A stretch of DNA of 64,000 nucleotides from Fimbriosthenelais zetlandica (taxonomy: Eukaryota). The notes beneath the pieces are model-generated. The model was given only the letters and a program-made list of their open reading frames with translations, did no database searches and was not told where the DNA came from. The stretch is from contig OZ365113.1 in assembly GCA_977030845.1 (NCBI GenBank), positions 28,954,001 through 29,018,000 on the forward strand, in the 5' to 3' direction. Both the position numbers and the translations under genes were made by a program. This document shows positions 18,697 through 31,771 of this stretch, piece after piece (the first letter of the stretch is position 1; every line of letters begins with the position of its first letter).

Positions 18697-20804
18697 GTGA
18701 GCATTTTTTTCCCAACATTTTAATTTAGGTAGGCTAGTTAAGTTGTTTTATTCCAGAAAATAATATTAAGAATTTGCCTGTGGATAATGAATCCGATATA
18801 CTTATGTTTAGGCTGGCCCCTAGGCATAGTTACCTGGTTAAGATTAGAACCGGATGAATGAACTGATCCAATAGGCCTGTTTCTATTGTAAGATTAATCA
18901 TGTTAACCGCACTGGTTGCCATTAAAAGCGACTTATAGTTTTCTGGACCGTAGAACTTTGTGTATTGGATAATTCAGGTTACAAGGGTTGGCCTGCATCT
19001 TAAGGCGTCTTGTCAGCCTCATATTTCTGGCCTCCTACAATGTCATTTTAATCTACCTTCTATTATATCAGAGATGTTTTAGACCAATAGACAGACATGC
19101 AGTCAGATAGATTTGATCAATTCTGCACTCTGTGGCATATATATGCATTGTTTCAATTACCACTATCATAATTATTTACCACTATGCACTATGATACTCT
19201 ATTGTCTAACAAACATCCTTTCCTTTACCTTTGCTGAATGTATGATCATATCTTACATCTCAAAGGATCAAAGACCAAAGGCTTGGCAAAGGGAAATCAA
19301 TAAACTATTGACCATAATATTACCTTATGATATTGACTATAAACGTATGATTGGTGTATTCTGTAAGGGGTATGTATATGGCCTACACCTCGGTCATGAT
19401 TCTGAAATGAGATCCTTACACCCTTTCTCTATCTAATAACGTCCACCCTTTTCAGAAGAATATGTTAACATACAGAATATTTTTTACCAGACTTCATTCT
19501 GAATTACAAAAAAAATTACACATGATCTGAAATGATTTGAGCCCCAGATTTGTATTCCAATATTGATACATATCCATCTTTTGCACGCGAGTGGCTTAGT
19601 ATTATGAGGCAGCTCCTGCAAGCTTTCATGCATGCCTGCACTCACCCAGTCTTTATCACGGATGAGTGGTTTTCTGGACAGGCATCGTTCAGACAGACAG
19701 GGATCGTGCCCTCTACAATCCTTCTTAGAGTTCCCACACTCGCGCCTGTAGGCCGCTAGCCGCTCATTCCAGTGCTTGGTAGGCCAGAGCATGGTCCAGA
19801 CCAACACAATGAGAAAATGTTTCTGCTTATATAATCTGAATATTATTATTATTATAAATCATAATTAAATTATGATTTTTAGGTGATTTTAATTTTAACT
19901 AATGATAATTATGGTTAGCATTAGCATTCAAAATTAGCATTCAAAATTGCACATTGTTTTAGGGGTAAATTCTCAAAGTCTTGATTAAAAATACAGTAAT
20001 GTAACTTAGATTTGAGTTGATACAATCACTATATTAAAATATAATTTAGTTGAATGCACAGTGCATGCATGGTCATAGTTTCTTGGGTCTTGCAATACAT
20101 TCTCAAGAAGAAACTATATCCATGATTCCCTGGCCTAACTCTAAAATGGTACTGATTGCGGTAAGGCCTCACAAGCCCTGTGTCCATTAGGCTGCACTTA
20201 GTATGGTTGTATTGTGACTACATGTCGTGAGAGTGGTACCCGCTACACTCAATTGTGGCTTTTAGGTGGATAGGGTGAAGGTTTGAAGGTGCTGTCACAT
20301 TGCAAAATGACCTGAATCTTTTGTGACTGAAACATGGACGAGATAGGTCAGCCAATGCATTTATGCATTAAAAAGGAGGAGACATTTTAGATACGAGTGC
20401 TTGACTAAGTTTCATCATGATCCCCGTGAAAATATTCATAAAATTGAAACCTAAAATGCTGTATCCTGATCCAATTCCCCATTTCCCTGTACTACTACTA
20501 TATATACACACAAATGTAAGTAGTATAAAGGAATGGCACTGTGCACAGGGCCATTCGGCGCTACAGGCCTGAAAGCGTTGCACACAAGGCACTTAATTTT
20601 CTTAGCATTTTCGCAATAAAAGCAAGGATGCAATGCTTTTACCATTTTTGTGAGTGAAATTGAGAAAAGTTCCACTTATGGAGATCGGATGGTAGTGTTG
20701 ATCAGGCAGTAGTGTGTTCACCTTGAATGCAAGAGGTCCTAAGTTCAATTCCCCAAGCATTCCCTAGGCACATGACATCATAACTCAGTGACAGTCACCC
20801 AGTC

Positions 20805-20866
20805 ACCCGGTTCGAACGAGCGACCTTCCACACACAGGGCGGGCACTCACCACTATACCGCCGTGG
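20805..20866 (-). mobile_element. tRNA-derived SINE head
   Basis: A-box-like GGCGGTATAGTGG and B-box GTTCGAACC at tRNA-like spacing, but no complete cloverleaf. A second degenerate head lies on + at ~20700-20755. Confidence 0.6.
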
Positions 20867-23559
20867 TGATCCTCTATGTATTGTACTTGCGATTATATAG
20901 GCTAAATCATTATCTGAAAATCCCAATCTCATCTGCCTCATCTCATGCACATATATTCAGATATATCACAGTGTTGCTTCACCAATGACAATGACTATAT
21001 GATGACAACCCATCTCTATCCATCTTGATTATTACTTCATTTTCTAATGATAAATCATGTGTAGGGGTGTTGTGGGGAGCCAATTCTGACGGCTGCTAAC
21101 ATTACCCGGGCGTCTCCACAAAGCTTCCCTCACCTCAGACTATCCATCTCTGGCACACATTCATAAATTACCGGTACGTTCCCACGGGAATGAGTTTTAA
21201 CCTAGAATATGTATAGGTGCATATATAGGGAATACAGAAAATACCATCGTGTCCTCTTATTATTGAGTTGGGTTCTTGAGCTGTACCTATAAGCAAAACC
21301 ATTTGGGTTGTCAGATAATTTCATTATTTTTTTTTGATACGGTCGCATTGAAGTGGGGACCTCGCTCTTTTTCTATGTTGTTCATCTGGATAATTTCATT
21401 ATGTTTTGAGTTTTTACACTCTTCTGCGAAATTGAACACTTTTCAGGAGATGTCGTTTCTGTAACGTCTTTATCCCTGAGTCTGACCATATATCATATGA
21501 AAGCCTTCAGATGTCTTCTACCCATGAATACACCATGAATACCCTTCTACCCATGTCTTTCTACCCTTCCTATAACGTCTGAAGACCTACATTTTAATGA
21601 CTACTTTTTTTGACAAAACTACTTTTTTGACAAAAAAAAGTGTTGCAATATGATACAAATAAATTTAAAAATGTATGTCCTTCATACTATTTGACTGTAG
21701 GCAATTTTGAACATACAGAGAATATAATTATGCTTAAGGAAATATTTCTTTTTACGAACATGGTCCTTAGTACGGAGTCTTATTCCATTAGCAACAGTTC
21801 TGTGTCAGCTCTTTTTCCGGGAAAATGGCAATAGCTGGAAGGGATGCCATTCATAATATATAGAAAACATTGAAAGCTGAAAGCTTTGAGGCCCGAGACG
21901 GAGCTGGAATGGGACACAATAGAAACTGACATGATATGTTTCTCCTACATCCTTCGTGATGGAAGTGTCTTGTCCGCGATCTCCACCAGAGGTCGCGGGG
22001 ATGGGCGACCCAGGCAATTTCCGGGCAGAAGCAATGTACACAGAAAGCATTCAGTGTGGCGATAGCTGCTACAAGTCCTCGGCAAACAGGTATTAGTCTC
22101 AACTCTTAATCTAGATGTCAACCAGGCCTGAGAAATTCTCTCAAAGGCCATCCTGGCTGGAAGCATTTCCTACAGGATCAAGTTGGATCCTCTATATGAT
22201 CAATACTACATACTGTCTATTGTTATAGAAGATGGAGAGAGGAAATGAGTCCTTATAGCTGATGAGGTCCAAAGGGACAAAGTTTCAATGTGTATTTGCT
22301 TCTGATTCAGCAGACAAGGAAGTGCATTTAATTAACTACACGTATTTCTATTGTTATGTATTTTGGAGTGCCATGCCCCAAACAACCCCTTATGTGTATA
22401 CACATAGAACATTAAATATTGCTCTAATATTTAAAATATAAATTGGTTTGACATATGCATGGTATCAATTTACATTAGGTAGTGATCTAATCTTCATGAA
22501 TATGTGGATGGGTGGGAAGATGAATAAGTGAATGGAAGATGGGTTGAGATAGGGAGACATAGAATATGGCTTCATTCTTTTTAGGCAAATATTTGTCATT
22601 TATAATATAATAAATGTTGAAATTGGTATTAGAATAACTGAGAAACTGGGGTTCCATGCATGTTAACGATCTGTAGTTTTCAGTTACAAAATGAAATTAG
22701 TTTTTTTTATTCCTACCCAACTCATATGTCACATCACACTCTGAAACCATGGTAACAACCTGAAGGAAATATGTGCAATTCCTATTGGATCACATCCAAT
22801 CAGATTCCACCTTACATCATTCTGACAGCCTCGGTCCTTGAGCTCCTCTAAGCTATAATGCAATTGGTTCCCAGCTCTGCCATCCAACAACCATTGAAAA
22901 TAGCCCCCTCCCTTACCACGGCAACGTTAACTCTGGTGGCGAAGAAGAAAAGCAATATGTGATTAGTTTGATTGAAAGTCGAGTGAAATAGGATAGAATG
23001 AGATCGTGTGGGGAAGAGGGAGGAACAGTCCTTGGGGCTGGGTCTTAGATTTGGCAGATTACTTTGATGTGACGCTGTCGTGACACATGTAAGGTCACTC
23101 TGTGTCTTTGTAACTTGTTACCTCAGAACATGACGTTGATGCCCTACCTTTCAATGCTTTTCAACTGATGAAAGACAGTCATTTCATATGCAATTAATCT
23201 CAAGATCAAAGTACACTCAGAGAACCATATTGCAGCCAAATTGATGGCACGAGTGCCTGTGAGTTTATACTAATGGTCTGAGATTATCTGACATTGTAAT
23301 TTTTAAAGATTTGGCCCATAATGTTTTCTGATTATTTTCTGTTTTTTTCTGTTCCCGCAATGGTATTGTTATGATCATAAGACAATGTGTTTATTTCATA
23401 TAATATTGTTCTGAATACCCTTGGTAGCAGGCATGGCGTTAAACCACCTTTCATTCATTCTAATTTGAGATTTCCAGGATATTATTCTTTTTTCGGCCAA
23501 GGTGAAATAGGATCCACGATCCAACTTCATGTATAAACGTGTAGGTCTAAGTTTTCATT

Positions 23560-23850
23560 GAATTTCTCAAACCCTTGTATAAAAGCGATTGCTTCCTTTG
23601 ATGCCAGGGAACGCACGACCCACATTGTAGGATTTCAGGTGACTGGGAAGATTGCCAGGCTGGAAGTTCATTCATTTGGACAGTCCTCGCATGTCACTGA
23701 AATTGATAGTCTCTGCGTGTCTTGTTTTAGATTTTCCTTGGTAAATTTAAAGCTTTTTAAAACAAGATCCCCGCTACAATTTCTTTACATTCATTTGCTT
23801 GAAATGTTCTGTGGAGTCTGCTCTTTTACTGTGGCCCAAAATCATACAAC
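23560..23850 (-). mobile_element. Decayed LINE ORF2 C-terminal remnant
   Basis: MILGHSKRADSTEHFKQMNVKKL… and …NLPSHL, with stops and frameshifts. Confidence 0.4.
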
Positions 23851-24489
23851 AACCATTTGAAATGAAAACACAGCAACCCATAATTTCAAAGTATCATTTT
23901 AATATTATACTATTCCAAGGAAATAATAATTTAAAGAATCTTAGATATGTTTTTGCAAATCCCTCAAGGAACACATAATGCATAATGTATAGAATATCAA
24001 AGCCTTGCAGATGGGCAAAATGTAGTGAAGGATGGGATAACAGATGCGTTCTTTTGTGTTCACAGAGCCTTTTGTCACAGTGACCATATCCTCAGTCTAC
24101 CTCATTAGTTAGTGTCCCTCACTAAAACCGTTTCTGAAGATCTAGTTGACTTCCACCTTTCTGCTACTATATATACTCCCCGAGCACGGTGATTAGCCTT
24201 GCCTGCGTTCATCTAGAACATAGAACAGTTTGCATTGTCACTGGAAACTATGGCAATTTTCCAACGTGAAGTGTCCATTGAAATATAAAAGTTTGAAAAA
24301 TATGGAATGAATTAGCTGTCATTGAAAAAATGTATGTATGAATGCATACCTGAATTTTCTTCATAAAATGCTATGCAAAGAAACTATATTTTAAAGTGAA
24401 GATTTAATATTAAATATTTTCTTTCCAAATTCCCCCGTTGTTTTAGCATTGATCAGCAGGTTAGCATTCAATAATCTTAACTTGATTAT

Positions 24490-24700
24490 CAATAATTTCA
24501 TCCTTCCTGTCTGGTTTTCTACCAGTGATCTTTGACAAATGAATAGGTTTAAGTTTTATGACGATTATTCATTCTTCTGTGATTTGAATCCATTCTCGTC
24601 TAACTAGTCCAACCTTGTTGACAATTAGTCACATCACCAACAGTCAATATCTCCCATTACACTGGCAATTATCAGATATCTTCATTATGATGCCAGACTC
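24490..24700 (+). mobile_element. Decayed LINE RT remnant
   Basis: QMNRFKFYDDYS resembles the R(W/F)KYVDD RT catalytic motif; many stops. Confidence 0.3.
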
Positions 24701-25873
24701 CCTATTTGCAAAACCGGCGCCACTTTGCTAATAATGAAATGTTTTTACTCATTAAGGCAGAAAAAATGTTTGGTTAGCTTCACCAGCACCTGGCCAAAAG
24801 TGATATGGTAATTTAATGATTTTCCATCCTTTGGCAACACAGTTATAATGAAAAGAAATGAAGACTCATAAATTATGGAGATACAAGTCCTTTTCGTTAT
24901 TTCCATGGAGGAAAAACAAAAAATATAAATTTCTAGAATCACCACCAAACCATTGACATACATGTAGAGTTCAGCCTAAATGACCTAAATTTCAACCTAA
25001 ATTACCTACATCTTGACGACAAATTTTTTGGGAAAAAAAAGTATATTGTACCATCTTTAAAGTGTCGCGCACAGTGGCTGTAAACAAAAAATGTATTTTT
25101 TGGCCTAACTATTCAAACAAAGGCTCGCGTCAATTGGCTCTGACTCCATGACAGTCTGGACTTCATGAATTCCAACATAACCGATCGACTCGAAACACAC
25201 TGACAAAAATATCTTCCCTGTCCTCTCTCAAAAATATAACTGATGAGGTTTACAAAAATGAAACATCTGAAAAATCATTTGCATATTGAGAAGTGTTGTG
25301 GTCTAGAGAGGGAAGATGACAGTAGATAGTGTCTCCTTTTAAAATGCATCTATCGACATACCTTTTTTAATTTAAAAGAATTAAAGCAATTTCCGAAGAA
25401 ATGTCCCAGCAAGGACAAAGTAATTTATCTTTTCAATAATTATTTTTATGACACCCCTTTAAATTTCTTAAAGGGGACCCGTGTTGGCCTATGGATCTCT
25501 GATGCTTGCACTTCTTACGTATCCCCAATGATGTCAGTTCAATCGGCTTCTTCCAGATGAGCTACATGAAATGTAATACCATAATGTGATTTTCCAGTTT
25601 ATTCTTCTCCCCTCTTAACTCCCAATCTACCACTCAGCGATTCCTTTTCATCATAATTCCTGTCTTCAGTGGCAGAAACCTTTGATAGTCTTTTGGGCAA
25701 AGGAATCTTGAAAGGGATTGGTTTTCGTTATGAGAATGTCTGCTTTCACATTCATGTACCAATGATTGAAGGGTTGGTGGTTCAATCCCCAAGTTTTCCA
25801 AGGGATTTTGTTTACCTCCCTCTTCAAAGTGTATGTAGTAGGCCTACATTTTAGAGCACCTTTACATGATATA

Positions 25874-26046
25874 CAGGGTGTCAAGACATTGATTCATATT
25901 TTTCCTATTTTTTCTTAATATTTTGTTTTTATTTTCCAACCAATTTTTTCTAGTTTCTCCTATTTTTTGGACCTTCTCTGCTATTTTTCATCTTTGATTT
26001 CATATTTTTTCTATTTTCTGGAGCTCTTACGCAACTTGACACCCTG
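25874..26046. mobile_element. MITE with perfect 12-bp TIRs
   Basis: CAGGGTGTCAAG … CTTGACACCCTG flank a T-rich interior; no TSD evident. Confidence 0.7.
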
Positions 26047-29000
26047 GCTGTCCCATTCCTGGGACAGCCAGTGAGCTAGAGATGGCACAGAAGGCAACAC
26101 TGAAAGGGCCCCAAATGCTAATGGATGCTTACTTTGAAGAGAACTCACTGCTTCCAGCCGATCCGTGTTTCCTACCATAGGCAATAGTATTAGGACGTAG
26201 AGTGAAGGCAGTAAAGGAAATTACTTTCTATTGATCATACAAGGGCTTTTATTGCAATGAATATTGGCTCGGAATCAGATGGCAATTATCTGGTGATATA
26301 TGCTGAGTACATAACTGGGATATACATAATACCTCAAGGCAATATGGCCATTCTTGGGAGAGCCAATGAGCTAGATGACCTCCCCTCTTGTTCTAGATTT
26401 CCTACATTTCTCACAACATTTCTGCTGCTAACTGCTCTTCCTGGTTGTCAAAAACGACTAAACCATAATACGTTCAGCTTCTATAAAAAACATTTTTTGT
26501 TGTTCTTTGAAGGAAAGATGTCTTTGGCATCACGCAATACAAAAAGGATGTATCTTATTCTATAACTCTGCTATATGATAGCAGACTTCATAGCATTGCG
26601 TGTCCCAATGTTATGCTTGATCTTCATAAGAATCTTTGTACATCTGTCATATGTTCAGTTGTCAGGGAAACAGATGCGTGTCAGACAGGTAGTCTTCTGC
26701 TTTTATTGTACTTTTCCATGGCAAGCACGTAAGGAAAAGTCACCTCTTTGAAAATCGTTTTTTTCTTGATAGGCCACGCAAAGCATTTCATGGGAGTAGC
26801 ACAGTGCCACAATCATGAAAGTAGATGTCATGGCTTATATTTTTGTTTTGCAAATTTTATTTTAAACATGTTTTGAAGTAAGCATTCCCAAAACAATCCC
26901 TCTGACATTTTCTAAGAGGAATGAACTCGTACTTTCTCGATAGCAGCTTGGATCAATTTTTGATGTCTGATAGATTTTTCTAGCAATGAACAGGAATATT
27001 ATATTCATGAATTACAACTTATAGGTGCCTTATGCTTGTAATTTGAACAGTACGTTTACCTATAGGTAAAGGTAACCACTGATACAATTTCAACCATGCA
27101 TCGGATGGCGACGGATTGGAGTATCGGACCAGTGTGAAGACACCTTTATTGTTAAAAGGAACACCAACATTGGTGGTGATTGAACACCATTTTAGTGTAT
27201 ATGAACCTCCTGTGCCCTGATGCCGTCTGTGGGAGAGAGTTAATTCTTTATGATTGATAACATATCAAAAAGTCTGTCAGTAACAACAGTGGGTGGAGGT
27301 GGGTATTTGGGGTGGTGGGGGTGGGTGGTAGAAACCATTACTCATGTATGGATCATGATACATGAGCCCATGAATTGATGCAAATCACCGCCTACCCCCA
27401 AACCTGCCCCCACTCAATCTCCCATAGGTATGTACTCTGCATATAATTTCCACCCCACCGCCGCACACCCCTATATACAGTCTTGTGTTTTTTGTTATAT
27501 CATTTATAAAAGATTTCTACTAAATTTTGGAATACCATTTTCACAATCTAATCTGACGATTCCTTATATGGTATATAGGGCCTATGTTATCGTTCCTGAC
27601 AAAAATATAACTTATTCTCAGATGTTTGCTATAGAACGTACAAACTGATGGAAACAGGCAAAGCCATTATATAGTCTATGGAAATCATTGGTAACTATGT
27701 TTGGCTTGCGTAAAGTTCTGCAGTCGTTGAATTCAATCGAATAATAATTATTATTGCAGAAAACAAAGTGTTAAGATTGATCATTTAACTAACTGCATGT
27801 GTGCACTGAAAGTCATTCATGTATGGGTGTTTGGTAATTGATACACTTCTTCAAGCTGTTCATTTGAAAAATGCTTTGAAATCCAGCTGTCCTAGGCCCT
27901 AGATGATAAATCGGATTAAACCTATAAAACATTATCAATAGTTCTATATTAGGCCTACTTCTAAATTGAGTACCTCCAATAGTCAACACTTTTTTCTTAT
28001 GTCTCTTGAAATCCAAAAGCTTCATAGCAATAATATTCATGCATGCAGGAATTTGCCATTCCATTTGCAAATCAATATTCCTTTGAATTAATTAGGCAGA
28101 GCAAGAGAGTGAAGTATTATCAAATTTACAATATCTTCCTCGCGCGCTCTTCGCATTGGTAGAGAATTAAAATCACAGATTCAATTAGAGCCGTATAAAC
28201 TAATGAGGAATTGGTCATAGGACCATTTCATCTTCTTGGAATGGACTCTATGAATCGGTAAGGGGAGAAAGGGGCCATTCCTTTATCGGGCTTGATTAAG
28301 TCGACTTTGGCACGGCAACTGATCTATTTCCACCGATTCGGTTTTCCATTTTAATCCCGGAAAATGAAGTTTCCTGAAAGTGGACCTCTTTGCGGGCCCT
28401 TTATGGCTCTGCTCCTATTGTGTTAGCGGAGAGATGCTTGCCCGACTAAGCATGAAATGAAAATAGTCAGTGAAAGAAAACAGCTCTGATTTCTCTATGG
28501 ATGTAACGGATTTGGTTGCAATTCAGATTTATGCATAATATTGGGTGTGATTTTTCGAAAGTGATTTTAGAGTTTTTTCTGTCGGTGAATTTTGAAACTT
28601 AGAGTCCTGAAAGTTGACACTTTTATCGATTAACGTATTTAAATTTTGTTACAATTTTCCGATTCACAAATGTATTTATAAACCTTGTGTATCAAAGGAA
28701 TGTATTACATGTATGTAGATGAAGTGTTCAAACATGAATGAATCAATGAATGGGAAATGAAAGGATTCTACAATGCAACTAGGGAAAACCACTCTCAGAG
28801 TACGAAAATTATTCGATATTTCTAAATTTCCCAAATAAGACGTGAACATACTATGTGAACAACTCTCGCCCACGTGGCCTATATAGATTTACCAATACAC
28901 AAGTAGCCTCTGACCATATTAAAGGCATTAAGAGCATACAACTGAATAATGGTTCGAGTGCTGTCCACAGACTCTCGTATGGTCCTCTGACACTAAGCAG

Positions 29001-30427
29001 CCCTATTGATCATGTCTCAGTCCAAGGACCTTTAAATACCTTGAAGCTGATGGAGTGAGGTATTTTTTTATCTCTCACTCCTCACCTTTAGGGAGAGCCC
29101 CTGTCGGTCAAGCTTGCAACTACACAAGCAGCTTAGGCTTTTGATTTAGGGACGCTAGTGCCACTCCTAGGGTTTCCCCTGGGAGGTCCGCGTAGACTGG
29201 GGAGGTGCAGGATTTATTCAAAAGGCAATGCACAAAGGCAAATTTGATGTAAATGTGAAACCGTTTCAATTGATGTTCGCTGTTTCACTCATGTCTTCGA
29301 GATATCGCCTAGAATTTGAAAGTAATTTCGTCGCTAAATTTCTTTCACATTTTACCCAGGTATTACATTTATGATAGCTGTTTTAAAGAAGCAATTTTTC
29401 CCAATTAATTTAAAGACATTTTCGGTCTTTAATTAAGATCATTGTTTCTATGTAAACTCATTAATTTACTCTGGACAAATCTCAGTCTAAATACATCCTT
29501 TGAAATTTTGCCTTAAACCTGCCTTGGACTTGACCTACAGAAAAAGATCTGTTGTGGCATCTCCTCCTTGAGGCACAAGATTGCTTTTGGCTAAAAACAG
29601 ACCTTTCTTGCTTAACAGAAAACACTGTCCCTGGTGAAAGGGAAGAAAAGAAGAAGAAACTGACTTGAAGCTCTTGAGGGAGAAGTCTTTGACAGAGAGG
29701 GATTTGCCAGTGTCATGTGCAAATTGAAAAGCGGTGATCCTCTGCTTAGTATTCAAAGCATCTTTAAAGTATTTTTGGTCATTTTCAAGAAAGAAAACTA
29801 ACTTATACATATGAGAACTGGTATTTATGAGCCGAACCATTTTCATTTGCATCAGCAATTTCTTTGTAAAAAAAAAACGTGAACGTGATATTCTTGCAAA
29901 GCCTTTTAAATTATATTATCTTGTTGCCTGAGATAAGAAGATTATTTTTTTAGGAATATCTCAAGATTCACGAAAAATGTGGTTGGCATTCCTTTCTCAA
30001 GTTTGAATTCAATATATTGACAAACCTCCCCTGAAATCGACTGATGAATCCTCAGATAAAATCAAATCATCTAACAGATTCATCACTAGAAATGATATAA
30101 GGCTCAGTTCTAGATTTCCTAGATGAAATGGAGCCATTAAACACATTTTCAGCACTGTCTTCTCTCCGGCAGTCCCAGATTTGCTTATCGTCATTGTAAT
30201 ATTAAAAGAACTCGAGCAAGCCCTGGAGAACTTTCCGACTTGATCACTGTGCTAGGAAATCCATTTAAAAATCCTATTCATAGCACATCCATCCCGGACA
30301 TTAGAATTAAATTGGAGGACTAGTTCCACAATAGACCCTTTATTAGTGGTGGTCCTTGGCCTGTCCGCCTCACACACACCCCTTATTATATCAGGTTCCA
30401 CTCACCCGAAATTTCAATCAATAATAG

Positions 30428-30675
30428 TTTATATGATTTACCGTCACTTTCAAAAATTATTCAGTTATATCATGACGGTGACTACTTGTGACAGCGAGAC
30501 CTATGCCCTTTTATAGTGCTGCCTCACATGTTCTAGGCACATTACATGGTACCTCACCGAGTCACATTATCCTGACTCCAGGCCGACCAGTCCTAGTGAT
30601 GTCTTCTTATTGCTGAGGACCAAGCGAGGGAGCCAATAGTTCCACTTTTGTATAGTCTTTGCTTTGATCCAGCTG
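30428..30675 (-). mobile_element. SINE body and tail (tail also at 59995-60042, + strand)
   Basis: Core GGACTGGTCGGCCTGGAGTCAGGATAATGTGAC…GAGGCAGCACTATAAAA. The tail CACCGTCATGATATAACTGAATAATTTTTGAAAGTGACG is roughly 80% similar by eye to 59995-60042. It resembles invertebrate tRNA-SINE cores; the family is not assigned. Confidence 0.65.
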
Positions 30676-31690
30676 AAATTTCAGAATGTCGCTTTGAAAT
30701 TGACAGACTACTGCCTTAGTGGAAACCAAGCATTATGGAGGTGTCCTGGTAAATATCAATGCACGTTCGATTCAACCACATCCCTGTGGAGACAGGCCTT
30801 CTGTTCCTCCCTTGTCGCTTCCCCTTGTCTGTCAATCACACGAGCGTGAAAGCTCCTACACATAAGGATCAATTCTCATGAAGAGAATGTTTGTTAATAC
30901 CTCCCTTCAGGAGCAATCGTTCCTTCTGTGAGGACTGGCCGAAAAAAATGTTGTTTAGCCATGGCCTCGCTGCATGAAGATGCTTGGAACGGATTGTTCA
31001 TATCTATCAGATATTTACGTTTCCTCGGAAAAAATGAAGAGGAATTAGCACAGAAATTTTATTCTATTTAATGAAAAGAATGTAATTATCTTTATTGGGA
31101 AAGTTACTTTGCGGAATTCAATATTGTGAAATAAAAATAAACTGATCAATAAAGACAAGTTTGTTCATATGGATGCATTTCTCAGTGTATGACATAACAT
31201 TCATTTTGTCCTGTTCGTCGGATCTAGATGAACCAACTCCCTCAGCAATAACTGACCGAGTAGGGTTAGTCCTTGACCAGTGATAATACGAGCGTCTGCC
31301 AACGTTTAGATGAACAATTGAGAAAGCTGTTTCTTTATCGTCCAACATGCCAGTGGCTAATAGATTTACGAGTGACTACTTGTTGGGATGTCACGGGCAA
31401 TGGCCCCCACTAGGCCATAATCAGGGAGGCAGTCTCCCCGCCAGTCAGTGGAATGAATCTTTCATGAACCTTCTACATGCTAGCAATTCACAACATGGAG
31501 CCCGACTGGAAGCTTTGGTGCGGTTTATTACATTTTATGACACGTGTGCCTGTCTTACCGTGTATTATGTTCACAGCTTAATCCAGCTTCATTCCCCAAT
31601 CAAACCGTTCCCACTCAAACCCTTCCATCAGTGCTCATCGTATTCAATAAAAAATGCAATTTACATTTTCCATGATTGTTCTGCTATGTT

Positions 31691-31771
31691 TCCTTTCTAT
31701 TAAACATCAATCCTTTCTATTAAACATCAATCCTTTCTATTAAACACCAATCCCTTCTATTAAACACCAAT
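31691..31771. repeat. 20-bp tandem repeat x4
   Basis: tcctttctattaaacatcaa repeated. Confidence 0.95.

Noticed and set aside
20700-20866. Functional tRNA genes
   Set aside because: A and B boxes are present but the acceptor and anticodon stems do not pair; treated as SINE heads.
21800-22170. GC-richer block with several short overlapping ORFs
   Set aside because: Every frame is interrupted by stops; it is probably an old TE fragment, but I cannot support a family.
22255-22290. CTGATGAG-GTCC-AAAG-GGAC-AAAG hammerhead-like motif
   Set aside because: It lacks G12 of GAAA and has no helix I or III pairing.
22917-22932. 16-nt minus-strand microexon candidate (CTAAT branch, pyrimidine tract, GTAAGG donor)
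   Set aside because: No minus-strand host gene is evident here and the length is not a multiple of 3; chance cannot be excluded.
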